Position numbers and translations under genes: made by a program | NCBI GenBank assembly: GCA_964019335.1 | Contig: OZ025701.1 | Location: 62,001 to 126,000, forward strand | Reading direction: 5' to 3' | Origin: Diplonema japonicum | Lineage: Eukaryota; Protista; Euglenozoa: Diplonemea | DNA length: 64,000 nucleotides | Notes under the pieces: model-generated | What the model saw: the letters and a program-made list of their open reading frames with translations, nothing else | What the model was told of the DNA's origin: nothing | Database searches by the model: none | In this document: one piece after another, positions 58,710 to 64,000 of the stretch | How the letters are laid out: every line of letters starts with the position of its first letter | Position numbering within the stretch: position 1 is the first letter of the stretch

Positions 58710-58749
<40 letters not shown>

Positions 58750-58752
58750 GTT

Positions 58753-59928
58753 TCACACGTACACCGCTTCGGTACGAATGTAACACCCATCCGTGCTGCA
58801 AATATTACCCGTTGTAAACTGTTCAGGAACATCAGGCAGCTCCTTAGGAAGAGACGTGTTGGGTATCGTCTCGTAAGGGATGCGTGACAGCAGGTGCCTG
58901 ATGAGGTTCAAACGACACAGCTTCTTACACCCAGCGTTCACAACAAACCAAGGCGATGCTTCCGTATGCGTCGCCTTAAACATAGCATCACGAGCCTCGG
59001 AGTACTTGTCCCACCTAGAACGGGACTCAAGATCCATCGCCGACAATTTCCACCTCTTAGTAGGGTTGGCCAGCCTACTTTTAAAGCGTTCCTCTTGAAC
59101 GGAACGGTCAATGTCCAACCAGTATTTTATGAGGATAATCCCGTTATCCTGAAGCATCTGTTCCTCGAACACAGGACAAGCCTTCATGAAACGATTGTAT
59201 TCGTCATCACTACAAAACCCCATCACACGTTCAACCCCAGCACGGTTGTACCAACTCCTATCAAACAAAACCATTTCCCCTGCAGCGGGAAGGTGTTCTA
59301 TGTACCGTTGGAAGTACCATTGTGTCGCCTCACGATCTGTGGGTGCAGGGAGAGCGGCTATCTTGCACTGTCGTGGGTTTAAACGTTCTGAAATGGCTGC
59401 TATGCATCCTCCTTTGCCGGCGGCATCGCGGCCTTCGAAGATTACAGCGACTTTAAGGGATTTTGCCTTGACCCACACCATGAGCTTGTTTAGTTCGACA
59501 TGGAGATTTCCCAACTCGTATAGATAGATGTCAAGGGAGTGGTCAATACTAATTACGGACGATGGGGACGGCAGGCCTCTGGAACCGCTTCGGGAATCGT
59601 TGTTGGTCCGTCGCTTGGCTTGTACCCGTTCGCGTAGCTCTTTGGTGAAGTGATAGTCGTCACTATCATCACTGCTCCATAGGTCGTCCTCATCATCGTC
59701 TAAGCCAGATGATGAGTCTTCCCCTTCTGTCAGCATTGTGAGGACCTTTTCCAAGCTGCACTTTTCCTCCTTCATGGTCTCTTTGAGCTTGCTCACCAGT
59801 TCTTCGACTTTTTTGTGTTTTGTTGTTGTTGTTTTCGCTGGTTTGCTTTTCTTCGCGCCCTCTGTGCTGCTGGCGTCTTCGTCGCTCCACTTGCTTTCTT
59901 CGGAATCCGTATCAAGAAAGTCAAGCAT
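58753..59928 (-). CDS. ppk2: Polyphosphate kinase 2 (class I) with an acidic/low-complexity N-terminal extension
   Basis: FEGRDAAGKGG (Walker A), LNPR, PAPTDREATQWYFQRY, FDRSWYNRAGVERVMGFC, KRWKLSAMD, PWFVV. Confidence 0.95.
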   Translation of the reverse strand: MLDFLDTDSEESKWSDEDASSTEGAKKSKPAKTTTTKHKKVEELVSKLKETMKEEKCSLEKVLTMLTEGEDSSSGLDDDEDDLWSSDDSDDYHFTKELRERVQAKRRTNNDSRSGSRGLPSPSSVISIDHSLDIYLYELGNLHVELNKLMVWVKAKSLKVAVIFEGRDAAGKGGCIAAISERLNPRQCKIAALPAPTDREATQWYFQRYIEHLPAAGEMVLFDRSWYNRAGVERVMGFCSDDEYNRFMKACPVFEEQMLQDNGIILIKYWLDIDRSVQEERFKSRLANPTKRWKLSAMDLESRSRWDKYSEARDAMFKATHTEASPWFVVNAGCKKLCRLNLIRHLLSRIPYETIPNTSLPKELPDVPEQFTTGNICSTDGCYIRTEAVYV

Positions 59929-60531
59929 TTTTTTTTTTGTGTATTGTGGCCTGTGAAAAAAAAAAAAGTTTGGGGTGATGGGCTGTTTTTAGCACTGTAA
60001 GAAAATCATTTTCAAGATCAAGATCACCGAAAGAGATACAGGTTGGAGAGAGGAAATAGGTGGGGGAGGGGAGGGGGGAACACTCAACGGAAAAAAAAAA
60101 GAGGGGAAAAAAAAACTCCCCCTCTCCTAACAGTGGGAGATGATGGAACTTTTTATAAGTTTTCTTCTCTTTTTTTTCAAGTATACCCCCCCCCCCCCCC
60201 CCCCCAGCAGTTTTTCTACATCGTTAGCATCTTCTGTTTTGCCATTCGAACTATTTCCTTGTGTTCTTTTTGGTTATTTTCTCTTCCCTTTTTTTTTCTC
60301 TTTTGGTTGTTATCAATTGTTACATTTTCATGTAAAAAAAAAGAAGAAGTAGGAGAGCAGCATAAATCCTGGGGGGGATAGGGGGGGGGAAAAAAAAACT
60401 AGCTTGCTTTTCTTCTTCACTACATGTTTCTTCTTCTTTTTTTTCTCTCTCTTTTTCTTATTTGATGCTAACGGAAAGTAAATTTGCTAAATTTCGGTGT
60501 GCGGGTGGGTGCTCACCGTTCAGGGAGAAAT

Positions 60532-61230
60532 TCACACTAATCGGTCACCGTTCTGCGGTTGCTGTCTGGTGCCTGCGGTGGCTGTTTGTCGCGATGAGAT
60601 GGACGGCATCTGGGCGAGAAACATTGCTTGGAGTCGTGCTAGGTAGGGGGCGGTTTGGCTCGAGGAGAAGAGTGGTCTCCTGTCGCAGCCGTGTATCGTC
60701 GGGCCCCCAAGATGTCGAAGGGTGTGTACCCTTGTCTTTGCGTTGGCGGGGAAAGCATTCTTCCCACTCTTTGCTGTACACTTCTGAATACGTCCTAAGA
60801 TGTATCGCATCCTTCCAGCCTTCTCTGTGAGCCAGTCCTGGTCGTCGAGGGGTCCAGCCAAGGACTGTCGGGTGGCCTGCTCATAGTCTACTGCGAGCTC
60901 CATCGTCGTGACGGACGTCAACTTCCTGCCTGCGTACCATCTTAGGCTTCAGCCACCTGAGGACGCTATTTATGTAGAACATTAGGACCTTTCCCGACGC
61001 TCCGTTCGATTTCAACAGCTCCACTGTGGGCACAGTGTGCTGCTTCCCCGTTGTGATCTCATCCCACGGGTTGGTGGTGAGGATTCTGGTGCTCCGTTCA
61101 GCCGCTCTGGCGTCTCGTCTTGTCACGACATCCAACAGGTATCGTTGCACGACTGCCGCCTGTTGCTTCGCAGCCCCCGTTGCGCCCCTTGGAATGATCC
61201 CGTGGAGGGCGGTCACTGCAGGTAGGTCAC
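60532..61230 (-). mobile_element. Second 3' relic of the same LINE-like family
   Basis: LHGIIPRG..QRYL..PWDEITTGK..VPT..ELAVDYEQAT..FPA..RRPLFSSSQTA is colinear with 32905-33495; one frameshift; A-rich sequence downstream. Confidence 0.6.
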
Positions 61231-61523
61231 TTCGTGTCGTGAGTAAAGTATAAAAAAAAAAGAGGGGAACGAAAAGGGTTGTTATTTCTTATTCTCCTTT
61301 TCTTCCCCCCCCCCCCCCCTGGGGAGGATAACAAAACAAAGGGGGAGGAGCAGGGTTAAAACTCATTTCTTTTTTTTTTGTTGTTTTCAAACAAAACAAA
61401 CTTTCTTTTTAAAAAAAAAAAAAAAAAAGATAAGACGGACACCATAAGGGTCTTTCCTACCCACAAAAAAAAAAAACTTCCCCTGCACCCTCTTAACCCT
61501 CCTTCCACAAAATTCTGCTTTGC

Positions 61524-63028
61524 TTACGTATTATTTACCCCAGCCTGAGCCTGCTGCGTGATGGCCAGCTGAGAGGGTGGTTCAATAACTTGTTCGTGCT
61601 CTTCTTCCACTTCATCGATAAGCTCAGATCTGACCATCTTGTCCATCAGCTGCGAGCATTTCCTGTAATTGAGGTTTTTATTTTTTATTTCCACCCCTCC
61701 ATACACAGAGTAGCGATCATTACCCCTTGAAATTCCAAGGCTTACTCGTGCAACCTGTTCGATGTACCTCACGGAGCCTTCCACAGCGATACGGAGTGCG
61801 TTGGAAAAATAGAATTGCGCTCTTTTGTGATCGTTCACAAGGGAATAGACTTCACCTAAAAGGAGCAAGCAGACTGATGCACCTGCTTCGTCACCGTTTA
61901 ACGAGCACAATTCCATGCATGCTTCAAGGCCTTCCTGTGCTGCTCGTAGGTTTCCATTCCGTAGATGTGCCAACCCAAGATTCCCCAACGCCAGCGATTC
62001 CACACACATGTCCTGCGTCATTCGGCTGTTGTCGACAGCGTCCATCAGCGCTTGTACCGCAAAGGTCTTCTCTCCTAAGGCGGAGTACGTGACCCCCATA
62101 TTGATCTGTGCCACAGCCCTCCCGTAGTACCCGCAGAGAGATTCTTGCTTCTTGTAATGGTGCAGTGCTAGTTTTAACTTCCCCATTCTGTAATGGCACA
62201 CACCCAGAAGGTTGTGCACCACCACCAGCCCCACTCGATCGGAAAGCTTCTCCATAATCGCCACGCACCTTCCCAACAAATCCGCCGCTCTTTCATAATC
62301 ATTTTGCGTGTAGTTCAACGCTGCCATGTTGAAGTATGCAACGGCTTCCTGCTTCCGTTGCCCTGCACGGCGGCATGTTAAAGCACGTAGCATATAGTCC
62401 TTCGGGTCTAAAGATTTAAACCCGTTCACCTTAGGTTTGGATTTGGGGGAAGAGGATGTTTTGCTGCCGTCGAGTCCTGCTGTTGTGCTTGCTTGCACCG
62501 CACGACGCGGCGCGCGTTTCATGAACGTGAAGAGCTGCTCGACTTCGCTTGCAGTTGATTTTGGATCAACTAAAGGAGGCGGGTGGTACTCCACAGGGGG
62601 GTCGAACCTTATCGGGACATCTATAGAGGATTCCAAGGCCGAGATGGGTGCGAGCTGAATGGTATTGTTGTGATTAAGAACTCGCGTTCACATACCTGCA
62701 GTCCTGTTATGTTGTCGGTGGGAACGCCGGTCTTCTTGAACGGGTTCTTCGGGATGAGCTTCTGTATGTCGCCCTTGCGGTGCTTGAACGGGATGTTCTG
62801 GTTGGAGTGGATGAATCCTTTGATAGCGTTGAGGTCGCTTGTGGTCAACAAGCCCTCCACCTCCCCTCGATTCTCATCCTTCTTTACAAGGCTTCCTTTG
62901 ATCGCAGGCAAGACGGACCTCTGCGTGCGGCGTGGAGCTGTCCGTGCTCTGTAGGGTGGTGTTCTTTCAAACACGTCTACATACTTTTCAACTGTCGGTG
63001 GTTGGGGTGCTTGAGCGGTCTGCGTCAT
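61524..63028 (-). CDS. TPR-repeat protein
   Basis: Repeats AYFNMA, NLLGVCHYRMG, INMGVTYSALG, GNLGLAHLRNG, LLLGEVY; a 41-nt GTATG intron joins the two ORFs. Confidence 0.85.
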
Positions 63029-63183
63029 GCCCCGCCCCTGCCTGGAATGAATATCAGACTTTGTTTATGTTGTAGTTTATACATGGGACCAAACAGAGTG
63101 AAAACGAGAAAGAAAGCGAACATTATTCACGATAGTGAGATGTCACAAAAATAAGAGAAAAAAAATAAAGAAGAGGTCCCTGT

Positions 63184-64000
63184 TCACACGAATGCAATAT
63201 CAGTGAATCTTGTTGGCAGCGGGCGCCACGTCTTTGGAGCAGACGCTGGCCGTGTCGGGTGCTTCGCCTCAGTCTTAACCAACACGGGTGCGGCAGTCGG
63301 AAGGGACACTCGTCGCGCGCTGTTCGGGCTCCTAGGACTCGCAGGATCGCTGCTCGGAAGGGATGTTTCGGGGAGCAGCACCAAAGAAGAAGGGGTGGGC
63401 ACTGTTCCCTCTACGCGACAAGGAGCGCCGAAGATGGGCATTTTAATTTTCTGTTTTTTAACCTTCGGGTTATGCGATTCGGAGCAAAGCATGAAGTCGT
63501 TCTTGAACTCTTCATAGTTCACCACCCACTGCCGCAGGAGTCTATCGGTGGTCGTGGCGATCTTCTCCGGTTCTTCGATGCCCGAGAAGGAGAACGTGTT
63601 CGTGGGTGCGAACTTCTTCCGCAGCTTTGCAAGCACCTTCTCAGTGCACCCCAGATCCTTCAGCACGGCTATGGCCCCCGTCAGACCCTTGACACCCCCT
63701 CGTGCCAGTTCGACCAGTTCTGTTATTGTTTGCTCGATACTCGGCCTGAGTTCTGCTTGCACAGCCACCTGCTTTGGAAGTTGAACGTTGTTCAAACACT
63801 CTGTTTGACTCATCAACATCGCGATGTTGGCCTTGCGTTGTTCGTCAGACTCGTTCTCTGGCGATACCATGATCACAGGAAGTTCCCTTTTTGCATCGTG
63901 CTCCAGTTGCTCCAATAGCGCTCTTTGCTTGTGAGCCTGCTCTCGTATGTCCATGTCTCCCACTGCGAGCACGTTGCTCCAGCCCATGCTCCCGGCCATG
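63184..64000 (-). CDS. Hypothetical protein, probably the 3' part of a gene starting beyond the window
   Basis: ORF open from the window edge, on the cluster strand. Confidence 0.6.
   Translation of the reverse strand, partial: MAGSMGWSNVLAVGDMDIREQAHKQRALLEQLEHDAKRELPVIMVSPENESDEQRKANIAMLMSQTECLNNVQLPKQVAVQAELRPSIEQTITELVELARGGVKGLTGAIAVLKDLGCTEKVLAKLRKKFAPTNTFSFSGIEEPEKIATTTDRLLRQWVVNYEEFKNDFMLCSESHNPKVKKQKIKMPIFGAPCRVEGTVPTPSSLVLLPETSLPSSDPASPRSPNSARRVSLPTAAPVLVKTEAKHPTRPASAPKTWRPLPTRFTDIAFV

Noticed and set aside
58716-58747. Poly-A next to ppk2 as a retrocopy tail
   Set aside because: It reads poly-T on the coding strand, and such runs are common in this window
1-64000. tRNA, rRNA, SL-RNA genes, CRISPR arrays, non-canonical introns or an alternative genetic code
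   Set aside because: None seen by eye; all rebuilt genes close with GT-AG introns and standard stops. A covariance-model search would be needed to exclude small RNAs

Overview
Eukaryotic nuclear DNA, very probably from a euglenozoan (diplonemid-like). All ~28 host genes lie on the minus strand, often only 50-150 nt apart, and usually have an AG a few nt upstream of the ATG, which fits polycistronic transcription with SL trans-splicing. The window encodes the small subunit of a bipartite topoisomerase IB. Unlike trypanosomatids, many genes carry very short GT-AG introns (mostly 32-47 nt, donor GTATG, usually no pyrimidine tract), so the ORF track fragments them; I rebuilt these genes by hand. 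Recognisable genes: HIBCH, BDP1, TOP1B small subunit plus a divergent tandem paralogue, EXO1, a RING-H2 protein, a STE-type kinase with PDZ-like domains and a C-terminal TM segment, a SPIN90/Ldb17-like protein, MFSD5, a carboxylesterase, a sulfotransferase, two identical GH5 endoglycoceramidases, a bacterial-type class I PPK2 and a TPR protein. Mobile DNA: a decayed piggyBac with an ATAA target duplication, a 1.5-kb TIR element with (C/T)TAA flanks, a 0.47-kb MITE-like element and two relics of one LINE-like family. Best leads: the second TOP1B catalytic subunit with an altered SKxNY motif, the host-integrated PPK2, an Arf-like GTPase with an inserted discoidin-like domain, and the minimal-intron architecture. 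All family assignments come from motif recognition by eye, not from database searches.
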